DNA of 24,088 nt, from positions 1 to 24,088 of IMG/VR virus record IMGVR_UViG_3300032332_000069; one strand, written 5' to 3'. Position 1 is the stretch's first letter, and each line of letters begins with the position of its first letter. This document shows, in pieces, positions 5,595-15,264 of this stretch. This DNA comes from a virus. Taxonomy: Duplodnaviria > Caudoviricetes. A program made the position numbers and the translations under genes. The notes under the pieces were generated by a model. That model was given only the letters and a program-made list of their open reading frames with translations, was not told the DNA's origin and did not search any database.

Positions 5595-6748
5595 TAACAC
5601 AAATCAAACCAAACCCAAACAATCCTAGAATAATCAAGGATAATAAGTTTAAGAAGTTAGTAAAGTCAATACAAGACTTTCCGCAAATGCTAGAATTAAG
5701 ACCAATTGTTATAGACGAGAATAATATTGTATTAGGTGGCAATATGAGATTAAAGGCTTGTCAAGAAGCTGGACTTACTGAAGTGCCGGTCGTTCAAGCT
5801 AAAGATTTAACCGAAGAACAAAAGAAAGAATTTATTGTAAAAGATAATGTAGGTTATGGCGAATGGGACTGGGACGATTTAGCTAATAATTGGGATGTAG
5901 AACAATTAACTGAATGGGGATTGGATATTCCAAACTTTGAGCCTGAAATATTAGAGGCTGAAGAAGATGACTTTGCGGTGCCTGACGGTGGAGTTGAAAC
6001 CGATATAGTATTGGGTGATTTATTTGAAATAGGGGAACATAGATTACTTTGTGGCGATAGTACGGATAGCGACCAAGTGGCAAAGTTAATGAACGGACAA
6101 AAGGCTGATATGGTATTTACTGATCCACCATATAAAATAGAAACTGAAGGTGGATGTAAAGGAAGTATAGGACAAGGATTAAAAAAACAAGGTGATAGCA
6201 TTGAATTTATTTCAAATTTTGAACCAACTGAATTTTTACAGGTATTGCCAATAATATTTGATAAAAATAAATTAAACGCTTACATATTTTGCAATAAAGA
6301 ATTATTGCCTGATTATTTGGTTTGGGCTAGGGATAGTGGATATTCTTTTAATGTTTTAATTTGGAAAAAACCAAATGCAATTCCAATTGGCGACTCTCAT
6401 AGACCTGATATAGAATATTTACTTTTATTTAGAAAATCAGCAATTTGGAATAATGGATTGCCGAATGTTAATTATTCAAGATGTTTAGAATTTGGTAGAG
6501 AAAAAGGATTGCACCCTACAATGAAGCCTATTGAATTGATTGCAAATGAAATGAAAATAAGCTCAAATGAAAATAGTTTAGTATTTGATTTCTTTTTAGG
6601 TTCAGGCTCAACAATGGTGGCTTCGCACCAACTTAAACGCAAATGCTACGGTATGGAATTAGACCCTAAATACTGCCAAGTTATAGTTGACCGTATGAAA
6701 AAACTAGACCCTACATTGGTAATCAAGAAGAACGGAGTACCTTTGTAA
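5588..6748 (+). CDS. ParB-like N-terminal domain fused to an N6-adenine/N4-cytosine DNA methyltransferase (beta class)
   Basis: PNPNNPR...GGNMRLKA ParB domain; HRLLCGDST, FTDPPY catalytic motif, HPTMKP, DFFLGSGST SAM-binding motif, GMELDPKY. Confidence 0.93.
   Translation: MLITQIKPNPNNPRIIKDNKFKKLVKSIQDFPQMLELRPIVIDENNIVLGGNMRLKACQEAGLTEVPVVQAKDLTEEQKKEFIVKDNVGYGEWDWDDLANNWDVEQLTEWGLDIPNFEPEILEAEEDDFAVPDGGVETDIVLGDLFEIGEHRLLCGDSTDSDQVAKLMNGQKADMVFTDPPYKIETEGGCKGSIGQGLKKQGDSIEFISNFEPTEFLQVLPIIFDKNKLNAYIFCNKELLPDYLVWARDSGYSFNVLIWKKPNAIPIGDSHRPDIEYLLLFRKSAIWNNGLPNVNYSRCLEFGREKGLHPTMKPIELIANEMKISSNENSLVFDFFLGSGSTMVASHQLKRKCYGMELDPKYCQVIVDRMKKLDPTLVIKKNGVPL
6716..6745 (+). promoter_or_regulatory. 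Bacteroidota-type promoter TTG-N19-TACCTTTG for the terminase genes, within the MTase 3' end
   Basis: TACCTTTG 6738-6745; TTG 6716-6718. Confidence 0.65.
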
Positions 6749-6770
6749 ATAATTAGAAAATATTTAGAAA

Positions 6771-7118
6771 ATGGCTAACGAACAAAACTTAATACCAGCA
6801 CAAAAAGGGGAAGTGAGAAACCCAAAGGGTAGAGGTAAGGGAGTGCTAAATTCAAAGACAAGATTATTAAAGTTATTGGAATTAGTTACGACTACTAAAA
6901 ACCCAGTTACAGGCGAAGAAGAAGAGTTTACTATTGCCGAACAATTGGATATGCAAATAATAGCAAAAGCAAGAAAGGGGGATTTAAAGGCATACGAAAT
7001 ATTATTAGACCGATTAGAGGGTAAGCCTAAACAATCGACTGAAGTAGAGGTAAGCGGTGGAATGACAATTAATTGGGAAGAGAAAAAAACATACGTAGCA
7101 AATACAGGTAGCTTATAA
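6771..7118 (+). CDS. terS: Terminase small subunit (putative)
   Basis: KGEVRNPKGRGKG N-terminus and KGDLKAYEILLDRLEGKP. Stop overlaps the terL start. Confidence 0.8.
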   Translation: MANEQNLIPAQKGEVRNPKGRGKGVLNSKTRLLKLLELVTTTKNPVTGEEEEFTIAEQLDMQIIAKARKGDLKAYEILLDRLEGKPKQSTEVEVSGGMTINWEEKKTYVANTGSL

Positions 7119-8428
7119 TGGAACTTTCCATAAAACAAACTATTGCTCTCGATTTACTCGAGGATAAAACAACAAGCGAAATTTTATTCGGTGGTGGTGC
7201 CGGTGGTGGAAAAACTGCCTTGGGTTGCTATTGGCAATTAAAGCAACGTTTAAAATATCCAAATACTAGAGGCTTAATAGGTAGAGCCGTATTAAAGACG
7301 CTCAAAGAAACTACCTTAGTCTCATTCTTCCAGGTGGCAAAGATGCAAGGACTTGAAGCCGGCAAGCACTACAAATACAACGGTCAATCTAGTCAAATAG
7401 AGTTATTTAATGGCTCAACTATTTTATTAAAGGATTTATATTTATATCCGAGTGACCCAAACTTTGACGAATTAGGTTCGTTAGAGATTACGGACGCATT
7501 TATAGACGAAGCAAATCAGGTAGATGACAAGGCTCGTAATATTATTAAATCGAGAATTAGATTTCAGTTAGACCAAAACGACTTAGTGCCTAAGATACTT
7601 TACACTTGCAATCCGGCAAAGAATTGGACTTATTCGGAGTTCTACAAGCCTCAGCAAGACAACACCATTGCAGACAATAAACGCTTTATATCCTCGTTAA
7701 TAGATGACAACCCCTTTATTTCAAAGCACTATAAAGAAAACCTTTTAAGCCTTGACAAAGTAAGTAAGGAACGTTTGCTTTTTGGTAATTGGGAATACTT
7801 ATCCGACCCTGCTCAATTAATAGACTATGATAAAATACTTGACTGCTTTACTAGCGATTATTTACCTGGTGGTACACTTTACATTTCTTGTGACGTTGCT
7901 CGTTTTGGTAGCGATAGCACTGTCATTGGGTTATGGTTTGGCTTTCGTGTTAAACTATTTCAATACAACGGTAAAAGTGTTGTTGAAGTCGCTGAAATCA
8001 TAAAGAAGCTACAAAAGGAATTTCAAGTGCCAACGTCAAATATAGTAGTGGATGAAGACGGAGTAGGTGGTGGAGTGTGCGATATATTAAGGTGCAAAGG
8101 ATTTGTAAATAATAGTTCTCCATTAGAAAACCCAGTAACTAGAACAAAAGAAAACTTTGATAATCTTAAAAGTCAATGCTACTATAAGTTAGCCGAATTA
8201 GTAAACGATAATAAAATTTACATAAATGCAGACGGTAAACAAAAGCAAATGATAATCGAAGAACTAGAACAGGTAAAACAAAAATCAGTTGACAATGACG
8301 GTAAGAAAGGAGTTGCACCAAAAGATAGGGTTAAGGCTGCTATTGGTCGCTCCCCTGACTTTAGCGATTGTTTAGCTATGCGTATGATATTTGAATATAC
8401 TCCAAAATTTGTAGTATCAGTTTATTAG
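7118..8428 (+). CDS. terL: Terminase large subunit
   Basis: Walker A GGGAGGGKT, Walker B FIDEA, TCNP coupling motif, nuclease motifs CDVARFGSD, VVDEDGVG and SPDFSD. Confidence 0.95.
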   Translation: MELSIKQTIALDLLEDKTTSEILFGGGAGGGKTALGCYWQLKQRLKYPNTRGLIGRAVLKTLKETTLVSFFQVAKMQGLEAGKHYKYNGQSSQIELFNGSTILLKDLYLYPSDPNFDELGSLEITDAFIDEANQVDDKARNIIKSRIRFQLDQNDLVPKILYTCNPAKNWTYSEFYKPQQDNTIADNKRFISSLIDDNPFISKHYKENLLSLDKVSKERLLFGNWEYLSDPAQLIDYDKILDCFTSDYLPGGTLYISCDVARFGSDSTVIGLWFGFRVKLFQYNGKSVVEVAEIIKKLQKEFQVPTSNIVVDEDGVGGGVCDILRCKGFVNNSSPLENPVTRTKENFDNLKSQCYYKLAELVNDNKIYINADGKQKQMIIEELEQVKQKSVDNDGKKGVAPKDRVKAAIGRSPDFSDCLAMRMIFEYTPKFVVSVY

Positions 8429-8439
8429 GATAAAATAAG

Positions 8440-8447
8440 TAACTTTG
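8440..8447 (+). promoter_or_regulatory. -7 element TAACTTTG upstream of the portal gene
   Basis: Intergenic TAnnTTTG; no correctly spaced -33 TTTG. Confidence 0.55.
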
Positions 8448-8463
8448 ACTAAATTGTACATAT

Positions 8464-9843
8464 ATGGGACTACTTGACTTCTTTAGTAAAAAGAAAGTAA
8501 ATACTTTATTTCCGAATATACCACTAGGCGCACAGGTAGCAATTCAGCAGGGAATTGTAACGTGGCAAGGACAAAACGCTCAACAATATGTTAGAGATGG
8601 TTATCAATCAAACGATATAGTTTATTCAATCATTAAGCTAATTACCGATAAGGCAAAACTTGCTCCATTCCACGTTTACAGGATTGTTGACCAAACGGCT
8701 GCAAAGCGTTATAAGTCATTAATGAAACAACCTGATAAGATTGAGAACTGGAACGAAGTAAAACAATTACACAAAAAAGCATTTGAATTATATGATGGTG
8801 ACGCTCGATTAAACGAGTTGCTTAAATATCCAAACGGAGAGGACACTTGGGCTGATTTAGTTGAACAATGGTGCGGATTTAAACTAATAACAGGTAATTC
8901 CTTTATTTATGCTAAAATGATTGAAGGGGGTGCTAATGATGGCAAACCTTTTGAACTATTTGCTTTGCCGGCTCAATATATGGCTATTGTTGCAAATATA
9001 GAAGTGTTTCCACCTGTAAGAGTTGGTTATCAACTTTACTACGGTAAAATGTGGACTTTCGACACTAAAGAGATTTTACACGATAAATATTTTAATCCTT
9101 ATTGGACTGTAACCGGCAATGAATTGTACGGTCAATCTCCTTTAATGGCAGCTGCTAGAACTTTGACTAGAAGTAACGAAGCTAAGACGGCGGCGGTTGC
9201 TTCATTCCAAAATGGAGGCCCAGCCGGAGTTTTATTTATGAATGACGATAGGTTCGACCCTACAAGTGGAACTCAACAAGCTCAAGCGTTAAAGAAATCA
9301 ATAAGTGAGAAAGGTGGTGCAAGTAACTTTAATTCTATTGCAGTATCAGGTTATAAAGTGGATTGGAAACAAATCGGCTTATCTCCTGTTGAATTAAATA
9401 TAATTGAGAGTGAGAAGTGGGATATGAAATCACTTTGTAATATTTATGGAGTGCCTAGTCAATTACTAAATGACGCTGATAACAAAACTTACAATAACCA
9501 AAGAGAGGGTGAAAAGGCTTTAACTTTACGTTGCGCTATTCCTTTACTTGATTCAATCGCAGAAAATTTAAATAGAAAATTACATAGCGATTGGGGTTAT
9601 AGAGGCACAAACGTTTACATTGGTTACGACATACAAGTATATCAAGAATTAGAAGCAAACAAAGCTGAGCAAGTTGCTTGGTTAGACCAAGCGTGGTGGA
9701 TTTCACCAGCGCAAAAGATGGAGATAATGGGCATTAAAAATCCTGATTACATTCCACAGGAAGAGCTACAAAAACTTTACGTTCCTAGTAGCTTACAACC
9801 AGTAGACCAATTTCAACCGTTAACAATTAACGAACCTAAATAA
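8464..9843 (+). CDS. Portal protein, HK97 family
   Basis: LLKYPN, ITGNSF, YGQSPL, FQNGGPAGVL, NIYGVP and TYNN motifs; follows terL. Confidence 0.95.
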   Translation: MGLLDFFSKKKVNTLFPNIPLGAQVAIQQGIVTWQGQNAQQYVRDGYQSNDIVYSIIKLITDKAKLAPFHVYRIVDQTAAKRYKSLMKQPDKIENWNEVKQLHKKAFELYDGDARLNELLKYPNGEDTWADLVEQWCGFKLITGNSFIYAKMIEGGANDGKPFELFALPAQYMAIVANIEVFPPVRVGYQLYYGKMWTFDTKEILHDKYFNPYWTVTGNELYGQSPLMAAARTLTRSNEAKTAAVASFQNGGPAGVLFMNDDRFDPTSGTQQAQALKKSISEKGGASNFNSIAVSGYKVDWKQIGLSPVELNIIESEKWDMKSLCNIYGVPSQLLNDADNKTYNNQREGEKALTLRCAIPLLDSIAENLNRKLHSDWGYRGTNVYIGYDIQVYQELEANKAEQVAWLDQAWWISPAQKMEIMGIKNPDYIPQEELQKLYVPSSLQPVDQFQPLTINEPK

Positions 9844-9849
9844 GATAAA

Positions 9850-10212
9850 ATGCAATTTGTAGAATTTATAAGCCAATTATTAGATAGTAAAGAGCAAGCG
9901 ATAGTTTGGCATAATCAAACGTTAAGCTATGCAGAGCATAAAGCCTTAGACAAATATCAGGATGAAATTGCTGAACTTTATGATGATTTAGTTGAAAGCG
10001 TAAGCGGAATATACGGACGACCTAAAAACTATTCAGTAGGTACTTTACAAAACTATACTAGTAACGAAGCCTTACAGGCATACTTCAAAGAACTTTACGC
10101 ATTCGTACAAAAGGAGCGTAAAACAATATACCAGGATAGTTGGGTGCAAAATCAAATCGATGAGATTGCACAATTAATAGCTAAAACACTTTACCTTTTA
10201 ACATTGAAATAA
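9850..10212 (+). CDS. Ferritin/Dps-like four-helix protein (DUF5856-like)
   Basis: WHNQTLSYAEHKALDKYQDEIAELYDDLVE resembles the Dps ferroxidase helix pair (H...H...D...E); ends NQIDEI...TLYLL. Confidence 0.7.
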   Translation: MQFVEFISQLLDSKEQAIVWHNQTLSYAEHKALDKYQDEIAELYDDLVESVSGIYGRPKNYSVGTLQNYTSNEALQAYFKELYAFVQKERKTIYQDSWVQNQIDEIAQLIAKTLYLLTLK

Positions 10213-10598
10213 TGGAAACAAAACATTTCGACAAGTTCTTGCAATTAGTAGAGGAACTTAAAAAGACAACAGGAATTAATAAAGCTGGTAATACTTTTGC
10301 AAACGCTAAAGTTGACGCTGGTAAAGTTATCACACCTTCAAGTTGGAATGCTCCTACTGCAAGTGAGGAAAACGCATACATAGAGAAAAACGGAATGGCT
10401 GCATTCGGTAAATGGCATTTAGGAATAGACGCTAACGCTGACGCTGAAACTAAAGAGCATTGGCATTATTTATATACTAGCGATTTTGTAAACGTTGACC
10501 GTGCCGGACTTATAGCAATAAGACAAAGAGCAGGGCAACAAAAACAAACTGATGTATTTGAAGCAGCCGGCAAGTTAATAGCTAAAATAGACGCATAG
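10212..10598 (+). CDS. Conserved hypothetical protein in the head module, 128 aa
   Basis: TAATG coupling to the upstream gene. Globular-looking motifs ENAYIE..G...GKWHLG.D and DF..V.RAGL.A...RAGQ. Confidence 0.75.
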   Translation: METKHFDKFLQLVEELKKTTGINKAGNTFANAKVDAGKVITPSSWNAPTASEENAYIEKNGMAAFGKWHLGIDANADAETKEHWHYLYTSDFVNVDRAGLIAIRQRAGQQKQTDVFEAAGKLIAKIDA

Positions 10599-11473
10599 TG
10601 ATTTGGCAAGATTATAGAAAACTCTATATGAATGCGCTTGTTCAGTATTCCCCTAAATTCAAAAAGGAATTACAAAAACAAGTCGATACTTATTGCCGTA
10701 CCCAAGACTACAACGCAATTAGCGATAAGAGCCTCAAAAAGACGATTAAACAGTTACACATAGCATTAGGTACCAAAATGGGACTAATAGCCGAAAAAGA
10801 CGTTAAAAAGGGCGCTAAAGGGGTTTACGTTCCATTAGAAACAAAAAGTGCTAAAACTGATTTATTCGCTTATGTTATAATCAGGTATTTAGAAACTAAA
10901 GGTTTAGACCAATTAGCTTCGGATATAACCGATACTACAAAAGAGCAAATTAGAAGCTTCCTAATAAAGGGACAAGAGCAAAATTTGACAATGCCGGAAA
11001 TTATTGCATTGCTTAAAACTTCAGGTATAACAAATTATAGAGCCGAACTAATAGCTAGAACTGAAACTGCACGTTCAGCAAATATCGGTTCAATGGTTGG
11101 AGCAATGAGTACAGGTTTAGTAACGGTTAAAGAATGGATTGCAGCAAAAGATAATAGGACAAGACGCATACCTAGAGACGCAAACGACCACTTACATATG
11201 GACGGTATGCAATTACCAATAGATAAAAAGTTTGTAGTACCGGCAAAAACTTACATTGACAATATGTTACACCCAGGCGATAGCACGGCACACGCAGGTA
11301 ACGTTTGTAATTGTAGATGTACTTTAGGATATGAAGCCGTAAGGGGTACTGATGGCAAATTAAAAAGATTATCCGATAATCCACCACTAGGGGACGCAGG
11401 TTTGATTTGGGAACTATTAACAAATTTTGCTGCTTATGAAATCGGACAATTATTAGCAGACGCATTAACATAA
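10598..11473 (+). CDS. Head morphogenesis / minor capsid protein (Mu gpF / SPP1 gp7-like)
   Basis: RAELIARTE, KEWIAAKDNRTR, HLHMDG and HPGD...CNCRC motifs; GTG start. Confidence 0.9.
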   Translation: MIWQDYRKLYMNALVQYSPKFKKELQKQVDTYCRTQDYNAISDKSLKKTIKQLHIALGTKMGLIAEKDVKKGAKGVYVPLETKSAKTDLFAYVIIRYLETKGLDQLASDITDTTKEQIRSFLIKGQEQNLTMPEIIALLKTSGITNYRAELIARTETARSANIGSMVGAMSTGLVTVKEWIAAKDNRTRRIPRDANDHLHMDGMQLPIDKKFVVPAKTYIDNMLHPGDSTAHAGNVCNCRCTLGYEAVRGTDGKLKRLSDNPPLGDAGLIWELLTNFAAYEIGQLLADALT

Positions 11474-11485
11474 TAAAAAAAATAA

Positions 11486-11493
11486 TAACTTTG
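11486..11493 (+). promoter_or_regulatory. -7 element TAACTTTG upstream of the prohead protease gene
   Basis: Intergenic TAnnTTTG, 5 nt before ATG 11499. Confidence 0.55.
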
Positions 11494-11498
11494 TTCAA

Positions 11499-12266
11499 AT
11501 GAGTACAATGCAATTAAAAAATACACTTGTTGGAAAGCAAGATTTAGGCTATAACATTATGGACGTTGACAGTGAGCAACGCAGAGTTAAAGCCGTATGG
11601 GCAAGATGTGGTAATATTGATTTAGATAATGATATTATTGTGCCTGAAGCGTTTACTAAAACATTAGCCGAAAGAGGCCCAGCCGGAAAGAATTTGATTT
11701 GGTCATTAGTTGACCATTGCGCTGAAATGGACTATGTAATAGGTAAGCCGGAGCAATTATATGTAGAAGATGATATGTTAATAGCTATCACTCCAATAGT
11801 AGAAACTGAAAAAGGAGAGGATATTATTAAATTATATGAAGCAGGTTTAATCAATCAGCATTCAATCGGATTTAGTACAATTAAATCAAACGTAAACAAA
11901 GAGGGCATAAGAACAATCACTGAATTAAAAATGTACGAAGGTTCAGCCGTTCTTTGGGGTGCTAACCCTGAAACTCCAACCTTAGGATTTAAAGGCGAAA
12001 TGGAAATAAAGGATAAAAAACAAGAATTAAACAATAGGCTCGAAAAGCTAATCAAAGCGTTCAAAGGTGGTAAATTTACCGATGAAATGTTTAGCTTAAT
12101 AGAGATAGAAATAAAAAGGATACAAGGCGATTTAATGGAAATCGAAGTAATCAAAGAAATCACTCAACCCGAGCAATCAGTTGAGCCGGTGCAAGAAGAA
12201 AAGACCGAAAATAATGAGCAAATCCTAAAGGCAATCAATCAATTTAACAATCTATTTAAAAAGTAA
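11499..12266 (+). CDS. Prohead maturation protease, HK97 family
   Basis: DLDNDIIVPEAF, LVDH (His), HSIGF (Ser) and MYEGSAVLWGAN motifs; precedes the capsid gene. Confidence 0.92.
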   Translation: MSTMQLKNTLVGKQDLGYNIMDVDSEQRRVKAVWARCGNIDLDNDIIVPEAFTKTLAERGPAGKNLIWSLVDHCAEMDYVIGKPEQLYVEDDMLIAITPIVETEKGEDIIKLYEAGLINQHSIGFSTIKSNVNKEGIRTITELKMYEGSAVLWGANPETPTLGFKGEMEIKDKKQELNNRLEKLIKAFKGGKFTDEMFSLIEIEIKRIQGDLMEIEVIKEITQPEQSVEPVQEEKTENNEQILKAINQFNNLFKK

Positions 12267-12269
12267 AAA

Positions 12270-13358
12270 ATGGAAAATTTAATCAATGAAATGGCAGAGA
12301 ACGTAAAAGGAATTAAATCCGACGTTTCTGCTCAAATCGAAGAAGTGAAAGCTTCAATCAAAGTGTTAGCGGACGAAACACAAAAGCAAATCGACGCACA
12401 AAACGTTGCACAAAAGAAAGCTGCAAAGCGTGAAGTTAAGTTTTTAGACGAGGTAATTATGGAGAAACTTGATGGCAATATGGACTTAATGGAAAAGGAA
12501 ATGAAGTCAGGCGGTAAATTCCGTTTAGATTTAAGCGAAGCAAAGTCTATGACTTTATCAGCTTCTTTAACTGGAGATGCTCAGGCTTCTTATGCTCCTA
12601 ACGCTTCTATTTTACCAAGCCAAGCAGTAAATTTCCGCGACTTAATTCCAACAGTACGTTCAACAAGTGGTTTGTATGTTTTCTATAAGGAAACTTCTAC
12701 AACTAACAATATCGCTGCACAAACTGAAGGTTCTAACAAAGGAGAAAATAACTACGCATTAAGCGAAGTAAAAGTAGTTAACGATTATATCGCTGGCTTC
12801 TCTACTTTCTCAAAGCAAATGGCTAAATCTTTACCATTCTTAAGTACAACTTTACCAAGAATGTTGACTAGAGATTTCTACAAAGCTGAGAACAGTGCTT
12901 TCTATACAACTGTAAGCGGTGCTGCAACAGGTTCAACAACAACTGCTGAAACTTTAGATTTAAAGCAATTAGTTGACTATATCGGTAACCAAAAGAGTGC
13001 AAACTTTGTAGCTTCGGTTGCATTAGTTTCTCCTACTCAAATGGGACGTTTATTAAAGGAAACAATTACTGCTGGTTACTATGCGGGTTCAGGTTCAGTT
13101 ATTGTTAACCCTAACGGTGGTATGACAATATGGGGAACTCCTGTTATCTCTGCTTCTTGGGTAGCTGATGACAAGGTATTAATCTTAGATAACAATTTCT
13201 GTGAGCGTGTTGAAGTTGAAGGTATGGCTATTGAGTTTTCTTATGAGAACGCAAGCAACTTCCAACAAAATATGGTAACTGCTCGTATCGAGTGTTACGA
13301 AGATGTAAACTTAATGCAACCAACTTCAGCTATCTTTGCTGACTTAGGTAACGTATAA
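12270..13358 (+). CDS. Major capsid protein, HK97 fold
   Basis: N-terminal coiled-coil delta domain, EGSNK, IWGTPV, NFQQNMVTARIE and P.SAI motifs; strongly biased codons. Confidence 0.95.
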   Translation: MENLINEMAENVKGIKSDVSAQIEEVKASIKVLADETQKQIDAQNVAQKKAAKREVKFLDEVIMEKLDGNMDLMEKEMKSGGKFRLDLSEAKSMTLSASLTGDAQASYAPNASILPSQAVNFRDLIPTVRSTSGLYVFYKETSTTNNIAAQTEGSNKGENNYALSEVKVVNDYIAGFSTFSKQMAKSLPFLSTTLPRMLTRDFYKAENSAFYTTVSGAATGSTTTAETLDLKQLVDYIGNQKSANFVASVALVSPTQMGRLLKETITAGYYAGSGSVIVNPNGGMTIWGTPVISASWVADDKVLILDNNFCERVEVEGMAIEFSYENASNFQQNMVTARIECYEDVNLMQPTSAIFADLGNV

Positions 13359-13381
13359 TTTTAAGTTTTACTTATAAAATT

Positions 13382-13410
13382 ACCCTCACTAGAAATGGTG
13401 GGGGTTTTTT
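13382..13410 (+). terminator. Rho-independent terminator after the capsid gene
   Basis: ACCCTCACTA-GAAA-TGGTGGGGGT stem with GNRA loop, followed by a T-run. Confidence 0.85.
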
Positions 13411-13423
13411 ATTTATATTATTG

Positions 13424-13431
13424 TAAATTTG
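13424..13431 (+). promoter_or_regulatory. -7 element TAAATTTG for the neck/tail genes
   Basis: TAnnTTTG just after the terminator, 12 nt before ATG 13444. Confidence 0.6.
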
Positions 13432-13443
13432 TAAAAAAGGATT

Positions 13444-13974
13444 ATGTATAATTTCATTATAGATTACACCCAAGCTGATTTAGGGACAATTACGGAGCCT
13501 GTAACGGTTGCTGAGGCTAAACAATATTGTAGAGTTGACAATGATGTAGAAGATGACTTATTTGAGGAACTTATCACTCAATCTAGACAAGCCGTTGAGA
13601 AAGCTGCTAACATAAGTATAACACCTAAAACGGTAACATTGTGGTTTACTAATAGTGCCGGCAACTTTCAGTTACCATTCGGCCCAGTAACGGCATTTAC
13701 AAGTTTAACGGACGCAAACGGAAACATATTAGGTACAAACGTTTACACTTTAGTAGGTGGACAAAATCCTAACTTGCAAAGACCTTTATGGGCTGATTTA
13801 AAGGCTATCTATACAACAGGAATGTCAACCGTACCAAAAGAGATTAAGATTGCTATTTTAGATCAAATTAACTACGGTTACGAGAATAGAGGAATGGATG
13901 TTGATGATATGGGTATATGTGAGAAAACTTGGAGAGTGTGTCAAAGATGGACACGCACTTCGCCAATACTTTAA
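13444..13974 (+). CDS. Head-tail connector (gp6-like adaptor)
   Basis: EPVTVAEAKQYCRVD...DDL...LI, LPFGPV and VPKEIKIAIL...YENRG motifs. Confidence 0.9.
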   Translation: MYNFIIDYTQADLGTITEPVTVAEAKQYCRVDNDVEDDLFEELITQSRQAVEKAANISITPKTVTLWFTNSAGNFQLPFGPVTAFTSLTDANGNILGTNVYTLVGGQNPNLQRPLWADLKAIYTTGMSTVPKEIKIAILDQINYGYENRGMDVDDMGICEKTWRVCQRWTRTSPIL

Positions 13975-13975
13975 T

Positions 13976-14317
13976 ATGAGAATAGGTTTACATAAAGACA
14001 ATTACGTTGATGCTAATTCTATGACTAGATTAGTGGACGTTTACGCTCCAACAAGAACAAGTGACGGCGAGGGTGGATTTACTACTAGCTTTACTTTAAT
14101 TCAAACCGTATGGGGGGATTATAGGCCTCAGCCTCAAAATAGAGCCTTATTAGAGTCTCAATTATCTTTTACTAGGTATGCAAAGCTATTTATTAGATAT
14201 GACCTTACAATAGGCGATAATTACGAATTAGAAGTAGAGGGACAAAGATTTACTATTCACTCAATTAAGGACGTGGACAATGCGCATAGATTTTGGGAAA
14301 TTGAAATGTACGCTTAA
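13976..14317 (+). CDS. Head closure / head-tail adaptor (SPP1 gp16-like)
   Basis: DGEGGF...TVW...IRY...EGQRFTIHSI motif. Start placed at ATG 13976, just after the upstream stop. Confidence 0.85.
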   Translation: MRIGLHKDNYVDANSMTRLVDVYAPTRTSDGEGGFTTSFTLIQTVWGDYRPQPQNRALLESQLSFTRYAKLFIRYDLTIGDNYELEVEGQRFTIHSIKDVDNAHRFWEIEMYA

Positions 14318-14859
14318 TGGCTTCAATTACAGTAGATATAAAAGGAATGAGCGAAGCTTTGGGTAAGTTCGATAAGTACAGTAAAAAAGTACAAACCGAA
14401 ATAAAAGACGAGGTTAACGCTTCAGCTTTGGCAATACAATCCAATGCTAAAAAAATGGCTCCTGTAAACTTAGGTATGTTAAGGAACTCAATTTATTTAA
14501 CAGGGGAAACCAAAGGGCAATTTGCATTTATGTATTCCGTTGGTGCCGGTGCTAAATATGCTCCTTATATAGAGTTTGGAACAGGTGGCAAGGTTTCTAT
14601 TCCTTCAGGGTATGAAAGTTACGCTTCTAGCTTTAAAACTAAAACAGGTGGCACATTTAAAGAGATGGTTAAGGCTTTAACTATGTGGGTTGAAAGGAAA
14701 GGAATAGCAAGTGGTAAACAAAGCAAATCGGCTGCTTATATGATTGCTTTAAGCATATTAAGAAAGGGGTTAAGACCTCAACCGTTTTTAATACCGGCAT
14801 TTGAGCAAGAGAAACCTAAACTTAAATTAAGAATAGAAAAAATAATAAAAAATGCTTAA
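14317..14859 (+). CDS. HK97 gp10-like neck/tail component
   Basis: AKKMAPVNLGMLRNSI, YAPYIEFGT and PQPFLIPAF motifs. Confidence 0.9.
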   Translation: MASITVDIKGMSEALGKFDKYSKKVQTEIKDEVNASALAIQSNAKKMAPVNLGMLRNSIYLTGETKGQFAFMYSVGAGAKYAPYIEFGTGGKVSIPSGYESYASSFKTKTGGTFKEMVKALTMWVERKGIASGKQSKSAAYMIALSILRKGLRPQPFLIPAFEQEKPKLKLRIEKIIKNA

Positions 14860-15262
14860 CCCTAATATAGAGATAAAAAAATGGTTTGTTACCAATGTGG
14901 GAACGGCTACTGGATTGCCTGTTTATGACGGAATGGCTCCTGATAATAATTTATCGGAGTATATTGTTCTAGATGGCAGAACTTCAAGCCAAGAGCAAGG
15001 CAAATCCGGTTACACAAATACAAACGTAATCATAGTTGACATAATAACAAAAAATGCTAACTTTGGCTATAAACGTGCTGAAACAATATCCGATTTGATA
15101 TTGACCGCGATAAATTCGGACACTATTATAACTTTGCCTAGTGGTTGGACTTCTAGCAGTTTGTTTGTAAATAGTATTCAAAATTTAGACGGTTTAAATC
15201 CTTTGGATAATGTATTTAGAACTTTAATAACATATAATTTAACAATAACACAAATTCAATAA
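14852..15262 (+). CDS. Tail terminator / tail completion protein (putative)
   Basis: PVYD..P...YIVL pattern; lies between the gp10-like and tail tube genes. Confidence 0.75.
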   Translation: MLNPNIEIKKWFVTNVGTATGLPVYDGMAPDNNLSEYIVLDGRTSSQEQGKSGYTNTNVIIVDIITKNANFGYKRAETISDLILTAINSDTIITLPSGWTSSSLFVNSIQNLDGLNPLDNVFRTLITYNLTITQIQ

Positions 15263-15264
15263 AA

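Noticed and set aside
13898-13975. Longer N-terminus for the head closure protein
   Set aside because: Overlaps the connector gene by 77 nt; ATG 13976 directly follows its stop.
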